64,000 nt of DNA from Acinetobacter sp. GTDB taxonomy: Bacteria > Pseudomonadota > Gammaproteobacteria > Pseudomonadales > Moraxellaceae. The stretch's first letter is position 1, and every line of letters begins with the position of its first letter. A program made the position numbers and the translations under genes. The DNA lies in the NCBI RefSeq assembly GCF_036666595.1, contig NZ_JAVWVO010000003.1, forward strand, positions 223,879 to 287,878. Reading direction: 5' to 3'. Below are positions 39,072 to 49,744 of this stretch, one piece after another. The notes beneath the pieces are model-generated. The model searched no databases. It was not told where the DNA came from and worked only from the letters and a program-made list of their open reading frames with translations.

Positions 39072-40244
39072 ATGACCCTACAAAGCTTAAATTTCGGTTT
39101 AGATGAAACACTCATTGCGCTGCGTGATTCCGTTGCGGCTTTTTGTGCCAAGGAAATTACTCCTATTGCTCAACAAGTCGATCAGAACAACGAATTTCCG
39201 GCTCAGTTGTGGAAAAAATTTGGCGATATGGGCTTACTCGGTCTAACCGTCAGTGAAGAATATGGTGGTACAGGCCTAGGTTATTTAGCGCATATCATTG
39301 CCATGCAAGAAATCTCACGTGCTTCCGCTTCGATTGGTCTTTCTTATGGTGCACATTCTAACCTATGTGTGAATCAAATTAACCGTAATGGCAGCGAGGA
39401 ACAAAAGCAGCGCTATTTACCGAAGCTGATTTCAGGTGAATATGTCGGTGCACTTGCCATGTCTGAACCAAACGCAGGCTCAGACGTAGTCAGCATGAAA
39501 CTCAAAGCTGAAGATTGTGGCGATCACTTCCTGTTAAATGGTTCAAAAATGTGGATCACCAATGGCGGTGATGCTGATGTACTTGTGGTGTATGCCAAAA
39601 CTGATCTGCATGCAGGTGCTAAAGGCATGACGGCTTTCCTTGTAGAAAAAGACATGGAAGGTTTTAGCCACGGCACACATTTAGACAAGTTAGGTATGCG
39701 CGGTTCGAACACTTACCCTCTGTTCTTTGACAACGTGAAAGTGCCAAAAGAAAACGTAATGGGCGGTGTTGGAAACGGCACGAAAGTACTCATGAGTGGT
39801 TTGGACTATGAGCGTGCGGTTTTAAGCGCAGGTCCTTTAGGCATTATGGATGCCTGCATGGACACCGTGATTCCCTATATCCATGACCGTAAACAATTCG
39901 GCCAAGCACTCGGTGAGTTCCAGTTGATGCAAGGCAAAATTGCCGATATGTATTCGACTTGGTTGGCATGTAAAGCGTTGGTTTATGCCGTGGGTGCTGA
40001 GTGCGACAAGGCTGACCATAGCCGTAGCCTACGTAAAGATGCAGCCAGTGCAATTTTATATGCTGCTGAAAAAGCCACATGGATGGCAGGTGAAACCATT
40101 CAGACCTTAGGTGGAAATGGTTATATCAATGAATTTTCTGCAGGCCGTCTATGGCGCGATGCAAAACTCTATGAAATTGGCGCGGGAACTTCTGAAATTC
40201 GCCGTATGTTGATTGGCCGTGAACTGTTTAATGAAACAGCTTAA
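39072..40244 (+). CDS. liuA: Isovaleryl-CoA dehydrogenase
   Basis: Acyl-CoA dehydrogenase motifs ([33 protein letters not shown]). First gene of the liu cluster. I place the start at the ATG at 39072. Confidence 0.9.
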   Translation: MTLQSLNFGLDETLIALRDSVAAFCAKEITPIAQQVDQNNEFPAQLWKKFGDMGLLGLTVSEEYGGTGLGYLAHIIAMQEISRASASIGLSYGAHSNLCVNQINRNGSEEQKQRYLPKLISGEYVGALAMSEPNAGSDVVSMKLKAEDCGDHFLLNGSKMWITNGGDADVLVVYAKTDLHAGAKGMTAFLVEKDMEGFSHGTHLDKLGMRGSNTYPLFFDNVKVPKENVMGGVGNGTKVLMSGLDYERAVLSAGPLGIMDACMDTVIPYIHDRKQFGQALGEFQLMQGKIADMYSTWLACKALVYAVGAECDKADHSRSLRKDAASAILYAAEKATWMAGETIQTLGGNGYINEFSAGRLWRDAKLYEIGAGTSEIRRMLIGRELFNETA

Positions 40245-40280
40245 CCCTCCACAACAATAAAAATGACAAGGATGTTCGTG

Positions 40281-41882
40281 ATGAATCAATTACATAGCAA
40301 GATCAATATTCGAAGTGAAGACTTCAAAACCAACCAAACCGCAATGCAAAGCTTAGTCCATGACTTAAAACAAAAAGCAGAACAAATTGCTTTAGGCGGC
40401 GGTGAAGCGGCGCGACAAAAACATTTGGCACGCGGAAAACTGTTAGCACGTGATCGTATTGATCAGTTAATTGATGCAGGCACGGCATTCCTTGAAATTG
40501 GTCAGTTGGCGGCACAAAACGTCTATGCAGACGATGTGCCTGCGGCTGGTGTCGTTGCTGGTGTAGGTCAGGTCAATGGTGTGACCTGCATGATCGTCGC
40601 CAACGATGCTACGGTTAAAGGTGGCACGTACTACCCACTGACTGTTAAAAAACACTTACGTGCTCAAGAAATTGCGGAGCAAAACCATCTGCCCTGTATT
40701 TATTTGGTGGACTCAGGTGGTGCCTATTTACCGATGCAGGACGAAGTTTTCCCTGACCGTGATCACTTTGGCCGTATTTTCTATAATCAAGCACGCATGT
40801 CGAGCATGGGAATTGCCCAAATTGCGGTGGTGATGGGTAGCTGTACAGCTGGTGGTGCATATGTACCTGCCATGTCTGATGAAACCATTATTGTGCGTAA
40901 TCAAGGGACGATTTTCTTGGGTGGCCCACCACTGGTGAAAGCGGCAACAGGTGAAGTGGTCAGCAGTGAAGACTTAGGCGGTGGTGATGTGCATACTCGC
41001 TTGTCTGGTGTAGCGGATCATTTGGCTGAGAACGACGAACATGCCATTGCCATTGCTCGTAACATCGTAGCGAACCTGAATAAAACACCACATACGCGTG
41101 TAACAGAGATTGAAGAACCGTTATTTGATGCAACTGAACTGTATGGTGTTGTGCCAAGTGATGCACGAAAGCCATTCGATATTCGTGAAGTGATTGCGCG
41201 CATTGTCGATGGTTCACGTTTTGATGAATTCAAAGCCCGCTTTGGCACCACCTTAGTCACAGGTTTTGCCAAAATCTACGGCATGCCCGTTGGCATTATT
41301 GCCAACAACGGTATTTTATTTTCAGAGTCTGCACAAAAAGGGGCTCACTTTATTGAACTCTGTACGCAGCGCAATATTCCCCTACTGTTCCTCCAAAACA
41401 TCACTGGCTTTATGGTCGGTCGCCAATACGAAAATGAAGGCATTGCCAAAAATGGCGCTAAACTGGTCATGGCTGTTGCAACTGCGAACGTACCGAAGCT
41501 TACCCTTGTGATTGGTGGTTCATTTGGTGCAGGCAACTACGGTATGTGTGGTCGTGCCTATTCTCCACGCTTCATGTGGACATGGCCCAACTCGCGTATT
41601 TCGGTCATGGGTGGTGAACAAGCGGCAAGTGTATTGTCGACCTTAAAGCGTGATCAAATTGAAAAACGTGGCGAGTCTTGGTCTGCGGCAGAAGAAGATG
41701 ATTTTAAACAACCCTTCCGTGACCAATTTGAACGTCAAGGCCATCCATATTATGCATCGGCGCGTTTGTGGGATGACGGTGTGATTGACCCTGCACAAAG
41801 CCGTCAGGTGCTCGGTTTAAGTTTAGCCGCAGCCTTAAATGCACCCATTCAACCGACCAAATTTGGCGTGTTCCGCATGTAG
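40281..41882 (+). CDS. liuB: Methylcrotonyl-CoA carboxylase carboxyltransferase (beta) subunit
   Basis: Carboxyltransferase domains and 533 aa; context between liuA and liuC. The ATG at 40281 follows AAGGA by 8 nt. Confidence 0.9.
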   Translation: MNQLHSKINIRSEDFKTNQTAMQSLVHDLKQKAEQIALGGGEAARQKHLARGKLLARDRIDQLIDAGTAFLEIGQLAAQNVYADDVPAAGVVAGVGQVNGVTCMIVANDATVKGGTYYPLTVKKHLRAQEIAEQNHLPCIYLVDSGGAYLPMQDEVFPDRDHFGRIFYNQARMSSMGIAQIAVVMGSCTAGGAYVPAMSDETIIVRNQGTIFLGGPPLVKAATGEVVSSEDLGGGDVHTRLSGVADHLAENDEHAIAIARNIVANLNKTPHTRVTEIEEPLFDATELYGVVPSDARKPFDIREVIARIVDGSRFDEFKARFGTTLVTGFAKIYGMPVGIIANNGILFSESAQKGAHFIELCTQRNIPLLFLQNITGFMVGRQYENEGIAKNGAKLVMAVATANVPKLTLVIGGSFGAGNYGMCGRAYSPRFMWTWPNSRISVMGGEQAASVLSTLKRDQIEKRGESWSAAEEDDFKQPFRDQFERQGHPYYASARLWDDGVIDPAQSRQVLGLSLAAALNAPIQPTKFGVFRM

Positions 41883-41892
41883 GAGATGAGCG

Positions 41893-42687
41893 ATGAGCTT
41901 TCAATATTTACAACTCGAACAACGCGACCAAGTGGCAACGGTATGGATTAATCGTGCAGAAATGCATAATGCCTTCAATACTCAAGTGATTGAAGAACTG
42001 CACCGCTGCTTTAGCGAGCTCAACACGCGTGATGATGTCCGTGTCGTGATTTTAGCAGGACGTGGCAAAAGTTTCTCAGCGGGTGCTGACCTGAACTGGA
42101 TGAAAGAAGCAGGACAAGCCTCACAGGCTGAAAATGAAGCCGATGCATTGAAACTAGCGAAAATGCTACAAAGTTTAGCGACTTTAAAACAGCCGACCAT
42201 CGCCCGTGTGCAAGGCATTGCTTTTGGTGGTGGCATGGGACTGGCTTCTGCCTGTGATATTTGTGTCGCAAGTAGTGATGCTAAGTTTGCGACCTCTGAA
42301 GTGCGCTTAGGTTTAGCCCCTTCAACTATTAGCCCTTATGTGATTCGTGCGATTGGTGCACGTCAAGCTTCACGCTACTTTTTAACCGCAGAACGTATTT
42401 CTGCGGAACAAGCCCTGCACATTGGTCTGGCGCATGTAGTGGCCGATGCTGAACAGTTAGATGAAAAAGTCGCAGAAATAGTCGATGCCTTACTTTTGGG
42501 TGGGCCAGAAGCACAAACTGCTTCAAAACAACTCATCCAAATAGTCGACCAGCAAGTGTTAACCGAAGCATTATTGTTGCAAACCGCACAACATATTGCC
42601 CATGTACGCCAAGGATCAGAGGCGAAAAATGGCTTAAATGCTTTTTTAAATAAACACAGTCCAGTCTGGATCAAGACGACGGCATAA
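41893..42687 (+). CDS. liuC: Methylglutaconyl-CoA hydratase (crotonase family)
   Basis: Enoyl-CoA hydratase motifs (GKSFSAGADL, GIAFGGGMGL), plus position in the cluster. Confidence 0.85.
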   Translation: MSFQYLQLEQRDQVATVWINRAEMHNAFNTQVIEELHRCFSELNTRDDVRVVILAGRGKSFSAGADLNWMKEAGQASQAENEADALKLAKMLQSLATLKQPTIARVQGIAFGGGMGLASACDICVASSDAKFATSEVRLGLAPSTISPYVIRAIGARQASRYFLTAERISAEQALHIGLAHVVADAEQLDEKVAEIVDALLLGGPEAQTASKQLIQIVDQQVLTEALLLQTAQHIAHVRQGSEAKNGLNAFLNKHSPVWIKTTA

Positions 42688-42707
42688 CAACAAGAAAGGA
42701 TATCGAT

Positions 42708-44699
42708 ATGTTTAATAAAATCTTAATTGCAAACCGTGGTGAAATTGCTTGTCGTGTGATCCGAACTGCAAAAAAAATGGGCATTGCCACCGTTGCAGTC
42801 TATTCAGATGCTGACGCTCAAGCACAGCACGTGCAACAAGCCGACGAAGCCATTTATATCGGCGAATCCCCTGCTGCACAAAGCTATCTACAAATTGAAC
42901 GTATTATCCAAGCTGCCTTAGATACAGGCGCAGAAGCAATTCATCCAGGTTATGGCTTTCTATCTGAAAATGACCAATTTGCCAATGCCTGCCAAAAAAA
43001 CAACATTGTCTTTATTGGTCCACCTGTAGATGCCATTTTAGCCATGGGCCTAAAAGCCACCTCTAAATCTTTAATGGAAAAAGCAGGCGTACCACTGACA
43101 CCGGGCTACCATGGCACTAACCAAGATCCTGACTTTTTAAAACAACAAGCCGATGCCATTGGCTACCCTGTACTGATTAAAGCCAGTGCTGGCGGTGGTG
43201 GTAAAGGCATGCGCTTGGTTGATCGCGGCGAAGACTTTTTAAGCCATTTGGCTTCATGTAAAAGTGAGGCACGTTCAAGCTTTGGCAATGACGATGTACT
43301 GGTTGAACGCTATGTAGTACAACCGCGCCATATTGAAGTACAAGTTTTTGGTGATACACATGGTAACTATGTGCACCTATTTGAACGCGATTGTTCGGTA
43401 CAACGTCGCCATCAAAAAGTACTAGAAGAAGCACCTGCACCCCAAATGGCAGAGCCAAAACTCGAAGCCATGCGCCAAGCCGCTATTGATGCAGCACGTG
43501 CAGTAGATTATGTCGGTGCAGGGACAGTTGAATTTATTGTGGAGCAAGACGGCACAGCGTATTTCATGGAAATGAATACCCGCCTGCAAGTTGAGCACCC
43601 TGTAACAGAAATGATTACAGGGCAGGATTTGGTGGAATGGCAACTACGTGTAGCTTTTGGTGAACCGCTGCCTAAACAACAACACGAGCTCAGTATTCAT
43701 GGTCATGCATTAGAAGCGCGTGTCTATGCTGAAGAACCTGAAAAAGGTTTCTTACCTGCGATTGGGAAAATCCACTACCTGCACTACCCTCAGCAAAATG
43801 AACATGTCCGCGTAGATAGTGGCATTGTTGAAGGGGATGAAATTACGACTTTTTACGATCCAATGATTGCCAAATTAATTGTTTGGGCAAAGAATCGTGA
43901 AGCAGCACTCACCCAAATGCACCATGCTCTCAGTCAATTTCATGTCGATGGCTTGGGCAATAACATTGCATTCTTAGACCGTTTGGTCCGTTCAGAGTCT
44001 TTTAAAACCGCCAATCTAGACACCAACTTAATTCAACGTGAAGAAGCATTTTTACTGCAACACAATGAAACAGCCTCTTCAGAGCTCATCATCACGGCGG
44101 CATTGATTGAACTTTTGTCCCGCTTTGCCAGCAATAAAACAGCTGCAAATCCTGTATGGCAAGCCGAGTCTCTATGGCGTTTAAATATTAATGCCAGCTA
44201 TGCCATTAAACTGGCACTGAACGATGAAGAACATAAAGTCTATTTCAGCCCAACGGCAAAAGGCTTTACAGCAAAGTACAATGGACATAGCGTTTTCATT
44301 CAAGGTGAATTGTTAGAGGCACATTTAGCTAAAATTGAATATGCAACAAGCAAAAAGACCTATGCTTATAGTTCAAATGCACAGGGCCTAACCCTATATG
44401 CAGATGGTCAAAGCTATAAATTTGCACATATTAAGCCTAACTTTAATACTGAAGATGATGCTTCTGATGCCAACAACTTAAAAGCACCAATGCCAGGTGT
44501 GATCACGCAAGTCTTGGTACAAAACAACAGCGCAGTGAAAAAAGATGATGTATTACTCACGCTGGAAGCGATGAAAATTGAATATTCAATTCGTGCTCCA
44601 CATGACGGCATTGTCTCTACGGCTTACTTCCAAGTCGGTGATCAGGTCAAAGCAGGCGATGAATTGGTTGAGTTTTCAAGCTTGGAAGGTGCCGCATGA
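42708..44699 (+). CDS. liuD: Methylcrotonyl-CoA carboxylase biotin-carrying (alpha) subunit
   Basis: Biotin carboxylase N-terminus ILIANRGEIACRVIRT, ATP-grasp, C-terminal biotinyl domain with EAMKIE attachment motif. Confidence 0.92.
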   Translation: MFNKILIANRGEIACRVIRTAKKMGIATVAVYSDADAQAQHVQQADEAIYIGESPAAQSYLQIERIIQAALDTGAEAIHPGYGFLSENDQFANACQKNNIVFIGPPVDAILAMGLKATSKSLMEKAGVPLTPGYHGTNQDPDFLKQQADAIGYPVLIKASAGGGGKGMRLVDRGEDFLSHLASCKSEARSSFGNDDVLVERYVVQPRHIEVQVFGDTHGNYVHLFERDCSVQRRHQKVLEEAPAPQMAEPKLEAMRQAAIDAARAVDYVGAGTVEFIVEQDGTAYFMEMNTRLQVEHPVTEMITGQDLVEWQLRVAFGEPLPKQQHELSIHGHALEARVYAEEPEKGFLPAIGKIHYLHYPQQNEHVRVDSGIVEGDEITTFYDPMIAKLIVWAKNREAALTQMHHALSQFHVDGLGNNIAFLDRLVRSESFKTANLDTNLIQREEAFLLQHNETASSELIITAALIELLSRFASNKTAANPVWQAESLWRLNINASYAIKLALNDEEHKVYFSPTAKGFTAKYNGHSVFIQGELLEAHLAKIEYATSKKTYAYSSNAQGLTLYADGQSYKFAHIKPNFNTEDDASDANNLKAPMPGVITQVLVQNNSAVKKDDVLLTLEAMKIEYSIRAPHDGIVSTAYFQVGDQVKAGDELVEFSSLEGAA

Positions 44700-45598
44700 G
44701 TAAATTTGTCAGAATTGTTGAAGTCGGGCCTCGAGATGGTTTGCAAAATGAAAAGACACCGCTCACCGTGGATGACCGTCGTAAACTGATTTTAGATTTA
44801 ATGCAGACAGGACTCAGCGCCATTGAAGTGGGCTCTTGTGTCTCTGCAAAGTGGGTTCCTCAAATGGCACAGAGTGACGAACTCTTTGTCAGCTTACCCA
44901 AAGATCCGAATATCAGTTTTAGTTTACTGACTCCGAACTTAAAAGGGTTTGAGTCTGCTTTGGCCGTCGGCTGTCAGGAGGTTGCCGTTTTTACCGCAGC
45001 CTCCGAAAGCTTTACCCAAAAAAACATCAATTGCTCCATTGACGAAAGCTTTGAAAAATTTGCAGACATCATGACTGCGGCGAAAGCCCATAACATCAAA
45101 GTGCGTGGTTATGTGTCTTGTATTGTCGACTGTCCCTATGAAGGCGCAATTGCACCGAGCAAAGTTGCACAAGTCAGCCAACGTTTGCTGGACATGGGCT
45201 GCTATGAAGTGTCCTTAGGTGAAACGATTGGTACGGCAACACCAGACCGCGTGAAAAAAGTCTGGCAGGCATGTTTAGCTGAAATGGATGCCGCGCGTTT
45301 AGCAGGACATTTTCATAATACCTATGGCATGGCGATTGCCAATATTTACCAGTCTTTAGAGCAAGGCATTCGTGTATTTGATTCTTCCATTGCAGGCTTA
45401 GGCGGCTGCCCTTATGCCAAAGGTGCATCGGGCAATGTCTCCACAGAAGACCTTTACTACCTACTCTCCAACATGGGTTATGACACAGGGATTGATCTTG
45501 ATGCACTGATGGTTGCCAGCCAAAACATCAGCCAAGTACTGCAACGCACCAATCCATCTAACTATGCCAATGCCTACTGGCAAAAGCGCTGTGCCTAA
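44696..45598 (+). CDS. liuE: Hydroxymethylglutaryl-CoA lyase
   Basis: [26 protein letters not shown] motifs. ATGA overlap with liuD. Confidence 0.92.
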   Translation: MSKFVRIVEVGPRDGLQNEKTPLTVDDRRKLILDLMQTGLSAIEVGSCVSAKWVPQMAQSDELFVSLPKDPNISFSLLTPNLKGFESALAVGCQEVAVFTAASESFTQKNINCSIDESFEKFADIMTAAKAHNIKVRGYVSCIVDCPYEGAIAPSKVAQVSQRLLDMGCYEVSLGETIGTATPDRVKKVWQACLAEMDAARLAGHFHNTYGMAIANIYQSLEQGIRVFDSSIAGLGGCPYAKGASGNVSTEDLYYLLSNMGYDTGIDLDALMVASQNISQVLQRTNPSNYANAYWQKRCA

Positions 45599-45624
45599 GC
45601 CATTCAATTGATAACGAGAACACT

Positions 45625-46329
45625 ATGGTCAATAAAGTTTATTCAAGTGCAAAGGATGCACTACAAGATGTGGTTCAAGATGGTCAAACCTTAGCGGTTG
45701 GTGGCTTTGGTTTATGCGGTATTCCAGAAAGTCTGATTGCAGCCTTAAAACAAACGGGCGTGAAAAACCTCACCTGTATTTCAAACAATGCAGGAGTTGA
45801 TGGTTTCGGCTTAGGGCTCTTATTAGAAAGCAAACAAATCAAAAAAATGATTGCCTCTTATGTAGGTGAAAACAAGGAATTTGAACGTCAGTTCTTAAGT
45901 GGTGAGCTTGAAGTGGAACTTACCCCTCAAGGCACACTGGCAGAAAAACTTCGTGCTGGGGGTGCGGGTATTCCCGCCTTCTTTACCGCAACAGGTGTCG
46001 GCACACTCATTGCCGAAGGCAAAGAAGAGCGTGTATTTAATGGCAAACCTTATATTCTAGAAAACTCGCTCACCGCTGACATTGCACTCGTGAAGGCATA
46101 CAAGGCCGATACTGCAGGTAACTTAATTTTCCGTAAAACCGCACAAAACTTTAACCCTGTATGTGCGATGGCTGGAAAAGTCTGCATTGTCGAAGTTGAG
46201 GAAATTGTTGAAATTGGCGCTTTAGACCCAGACCAGATTCACCTGCCGGGTATTTATGTCAATCGCATTGTACTGAATGTAAACCCTGAAAAACGTATCG
46301 AACAACTCACATTAAAAGAGGAGGCTTAA
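45625..46329 (+). CDS. scoA: 3-oxoacid (acetoacetate) CoA-transferase subunit A
   Basis: [10 protein letters not shown] and ENGLLG-type family signature. 234 aa. Confidence 0.9.
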   Translation: MVNKVYSSAKDALQDVVQDGQTLAVGGFGLCGIPESLIAALKQTGVKNLTCISNNAGVDGFGLGLLLESKQIKKMIASYVGENKEFERQFLSGELEVELTPQGTLAEKLRAGGAGIPAFFTATGVGTLIAEGKEERVFNGKPYILENSLTADIALVKAYKADTAGNLIFRKTAQNFNPVCAMAGKVCIVEVEEIVEIGALDPDQIHLPGIYVNRIVLNVNPEKRIEQLTLKEEA

Positions 46330-46332
46330 CCC

Positions 46333-46962
46333 ATGGCTTGGTCTCGTAATGAAATGGCACAACGTGCAGCGCTCGAGCTGGAAGATGGTTTTTATGTCAA
46401 TTTAGGCATCGGCTTACCCACACTGGTGGCCAACTATATTCCTGAAAACGTCAACGTCTGGTTGCAGTCTGAAAATGGATTATTGGGTATTGGCGAGTTT
46501 CCAACAGCCGAAACAGTGGATGCCGATTTAATCAATGCTGGAAAACAAACTGTTACTGCACGTCAGGGCGCCGCATTTTTCTCTAGTGCAGATTCTTTTG
46601 CCATGATCCGTGGAGGTCATGTCAATATTGCTATTTTAGGGGCAATGGAGGTCTCACAAAATGGCGATTTGGCGAACTGGATGATTCCGGGTAAAAAAGT
46701 CAAAGGCATGGGCGGCGCAATGGATTTGGTGGCTGGAGTGCAAAAAGTGGTGGTGCTTATGGAACACTCTGCAAAAGATGGTACGCCGAAAATTGTCGAG
46801 CAGTGTAGTCTGCCCCTGACAGGTAAAAATGTCGTACATCGAGTGATTACTGATCTCGGTGTCATGGACATTACGCAGGAGGGTGTGAAATTGGTTGAAC
46901 TGGCGAAAGATGTCAGTTTTGAAGACATTCAAAAAGTGACAGGTGTTGCTCTGATCCGTTAA
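46333..46962 (+). CDS. scoB: 3-oxoacid (acetoacetate) CoA-transferase subunit B
   Basis: SENGLLG (catalytic Glu region), GGAMDL. 209 aa. Confidence 0.9.
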   Translation: MAWSRNEMAQRAALELEDGFYVNLGIGLPTLVANYIPENVNVWLQSENGLLGIGEFPTAETVDADLINAGKQTVTARQGAAFFSSADSFAMIRGGHVNIAILGAMEVSQNGDLANWMIPGKKVKGMGGAMDLVAGVQKVVVLMEHSAKDGTPKIVEQCSLPLTGKNVVHRVITDLGVMDITQEGVKLVELAKDVSFEDIQKVTGVALIR

Positions 46963-47096
46963 TTCAACATCATTTATACAATAGAAAAAATAATCCAATG
47001 CCTTTAAAGCAGCGATCCTGTTTTAAAGGCATTTCTATCAGCACGGATAGGCTGAATCAAAAATTCATACCTCATAGATAAAAATGGAATCAATGC

Positions 47097-48506
47097 ATGG
47101 AAAACTCTCAAAATATTTTGCAACGTTTTGCACTACGTGTCAGTGATTGGTCGGAGAAATGGTTTCCAGACTCTTATATTTTTGCCCTATTGGGTGTCGT
47201 GATCGTCGCGATTGCTTCGATCAGCATTGGCGCACCTGCCAAAGATGTCGCAGTGTCCTTTGGTGATGGTTTTTGGAGTCTGATCCCTTTTACCTTACAA
47301 ATGTGTATGCTGATTGTGGTTGGTTACGTGGTTTCTGTTTCAAAGCCTGTAGAACTGCTGATTCAAAAAATGGCCCGAATTCCCCATAGTGGACGTGGGG
47401 CAATTGTACTTGTTGCCACGGTCAGTTTATTAATTTCGCTGATTAACTGGGCCATGAGTACAGTACTGACCGCCCTGCTGGTGATTGCTTTAGCTAAACG
47501 CAAAGAACTGAATATGGACTATCGTGCTGCCGCTGCCGCCGCGATTATTGGTATGGGAGCGACGTGGGCCTTAGGTATTAGTTCTTCTGCGGCACAACTG
47601 CAAGCCAACAAAGCCAGCCTGCCCGAATCGATTTACAATCTAACGGGCGTGATTCCCTTCACCGAAACCATTTTCTTGCCTCAGTCGATGATCATGACTG
47701 CTGTATTGATTATTGCCTCGATTGCTATTGCATTTTGGTCTGCACCCAAAGGCCAAGACATTAAAACCATTGATCAATTCCCCATCCAGTTTGAGGAAGA
47801 AGCTAAACAGATACCAACCACAAAACGTCCAGGAGACTGGTTAGAGAACTCGCCTTTATTGAGTATCTTGATTGTGCTCTTGGGTCTGGTTTGGATGTTC
47901 AATGAGTTCAGCAAAAGTAATCCAATCTTGGCCATTTCAAGCCTAAATACCTACAACTTTATTTTCCTGATGCTGGGTATTGCACTGCATGGTACGCCGC
48001 GAAATTTCCTCAATGCCGTCACCAAAGCCGTGCCAGCGGTCTCGGGTGTTCTGATTCAGTTTCCGCTGTATGGCAGTATCGCCTTTATGATGACACAAGC
48101 GTTAAACAGTCATGATTTATCACTATCACATTATATTGCCGAGTTTTTTGTTTCAATTGCCTCCAAAGAGACCTTTGCCATTGTGATGGGCTTATATTCT
48201 GCCATTTTAGGCTTTTTCATTCCTTCTGGCGGCGGTAAATGGATTATTGAAGCACCCTATGTCATGCAAGCTGCACATGATTTAAAAGTGCATTTAGGCT
48301 GGTCGGTGCAAATCTATAATGCTGCGGAGGCCTTACCGAATTTAATCAACCCATTTTTTATGCTGCCAATGCTTGGCATTCTCAAATTAAAAGCCAAAGA
48401 TGTGATCGGCTTTACCGTCACTCAATTGGTTTTCCACCTGCCTTTGGTGCTGTTCCTACTTTGGATTTTAGGCCGTAGCCTGACCTATATGCCGCCTACC
48501 TTCTAA
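47097..48506 (+). CDS. atoE: Short-chain fatty acid transporter (AtoE family)
   Basis: 469 aa polytopic membrane protein. N-terminus R.S.W.EKWFPD is typical of AtoE. Follows scoAB. Confidence 0.8.
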   Translation: MENSQNILQRFALRVSDWSEKWFPDSYIFALLGVVIVAIASISIGAPAKDVAVSFGDGFWSLIPFTLQMCMLIVVGYVVSVSKPVELLIQKMARIPHSGRGAIVLVATVSLLISLINWAMSTVLTALLVIALAKRKELNMDYRAAAAAAIIGMGATWALGISSSAAQLQANKASLPESIYNLTGVIPFTETIFLPQSMIMTAVLIIASIAIAFWSAPKGQDIKTIDQFPIQFEEEAKQIPTTKRPGDWLENSPLLSILIVLLGLVWMFNEFSKSNPILAISSLNTYNFIFLMLGIALHGTPRNFLNAVTKAVPAVSGVLIQFPLYGSIAFMMTQALNSHDLSLSHYIAEFFVSIASKETFAIVMGLYSAILGFFIPSGGGKWIIEAPYVMQAAHDLKVHLGWSVQIYNAAEALPNLINPFFMLPMLGILKLKAKDVIGFTVTQLVFHLPLVLFLLWILGRSLTYMPPTF

Positions 48507-48532
48507 ACGAGGGACAAAAACACAATCTAAAT

Positions 48533-48564
48533 AAAAAAGGACGAATCATATTCGTCCTTTTCTC
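48533..48564. terminator. Bidirectional intrinsic terminator
   Basis: aaaaaaggacgaat-cata-ttcgtccttttctc. Confidence 0.75.
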
Positions 48565-48607
48565 ATTCTATAAATATTCAATAAAGCGTATTTTTTACCT
48601 AGCCCAA

Positions 48608-49633
48608 TTAATTAAACACATTATTTAAATACACAATGCGCTCATTGGTTTTTTGGTTAAAGCACTTGGTATATTGCAATTGTTGATCTTGCGCACGTAA
48701 AGCATCATCCCAATATTGCGACTGCTTTTGGTAGGTTTCTTTTTCACTATCCGTCATTTGGTAGACACTTTTTTGAGAAATCACTTTACAGTCTACATCA
48801 CGTTTTTCAAACCAATCCGTTTGGTCTTGTTGTAGCTGCTGTTTTTGTTCCTCGGTCAAGTTATCCCAAGTTTGGTTCAGACGTTCCACCACTTTGACTT
48901 GGTCAGTATCCAGTTCCTTCTTACGAATATTCATGGCTTTCTGTGCCAGTTCCATCTGCGCAACTTCTTGCTCATTATATTGTTTGATGTTTTCTTGCTG
49001 CTCTAAATTGGCTTTTTCATAGGCCGCAAACTGCACCGCATGCTGAGTCACCAAAACCACACCATCAATCACGCCATTTTGATTGGGTACATTGAGGCTA
49101 ATGCCCTCTTTATCCGTTTTAATGATGTTATAGCTAAATGCACCTTGTAGCTGGTCATTGTCTAAGTTGAGGGAATATTCACCCTCTTCTAAGACATCAC
49201 GTAAAGTACTTTGATAACCGTCCTCACACTCTTCGCATGGACGCGCTAAAAACGCATTTTCAGCACGTTTTTGTAAACCTTTCGGGAAAATCACCACCAA
49301 CTGGCTTTCACAGTCCAATTGCTTCGCAGTTTCGGGCTTTTCTGTGGTTGTTGAAATCCCTTTAATTTCAAAGCGAATACCGTTATTAATCTGCGTTAAT
49401 AATTTTTCATCGGCCTCATATTCACGGCTATCACGCAGACGGCGGTCTAGGGCTTTTAAGTATTCAGCTTTTAAATGCGCTTGAATTTGTTCGACATTGG
49501 CAGGAGCCGTACAACTCCAATCTGACATTTCTTGCGGTTCAGCAACCGTTTCTGTTTTATTCTCGGTTCGGTTACAAGCACTTAAAAATAAACTGCTCAA
49601 GATTAGACTGGCAAAAATTGTTTTCTTCATCAT
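48608..49633 (-). CDS. Lipoprotein with C-terminal DUF1311 (LprI-like) domain
   Basis: Lipobox LSAC in MMKKTIFASLILSSLFLSAC. The C-terminus QTDWFEKRDVDCK...YTKCFNQKTNERIVYL fits the DUF1311 Cys pattern. Confidence 0.6.
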   Translation of the reverse strand: MMKKTIFASLILSSLFLSACNRTENKTETVAEPQEMSDWSCTAPANVEQIQAHLKAEYLKALDRRLRDSREYEADEKLLTQINNGIRFEIKGISTTTEKPETAKQLDCESQLVVIFPKGLQKRAENAFLARPCEECEDGYQSTLRDVLEEGEYSLNLDNDQLQGAFSYNIIKTDKEGISLNVPNQNGVIDGVVLVTQHAVQFAAYEKANLEQQENIKQYNEQEVAQMELAQKAMNIRKKELDTDQVKVVERLNQTWDNLTEEQKQQLQQDQTDWFEKRDVDCKVISQKSVYQMTDSEKETYQKQSQYWDDALRAQDQQLQYTKCFNQKTNERIVYLNNVFN

Positions 49634-49710
49634 TGTTATAAAACCATAAGGCTGTTGTTTTTCGCAGCGTATTTAACCAAAAAATAAGCTTTTATGCGAG
49701 TAGCTATATA

Positions 49711-49738
49711 AAAGAACCCTGCCGTAGCAGGGTTAAAA
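49711..49738 (-). terminator. Intrinsic terminator after the OmpA-family gene
   Basis: On the minus strand: aaccctgc-tacg-gcagggtt followed by cttttat. Confidence 0.6.
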
Positions 49739-49744
49739 TATCGC

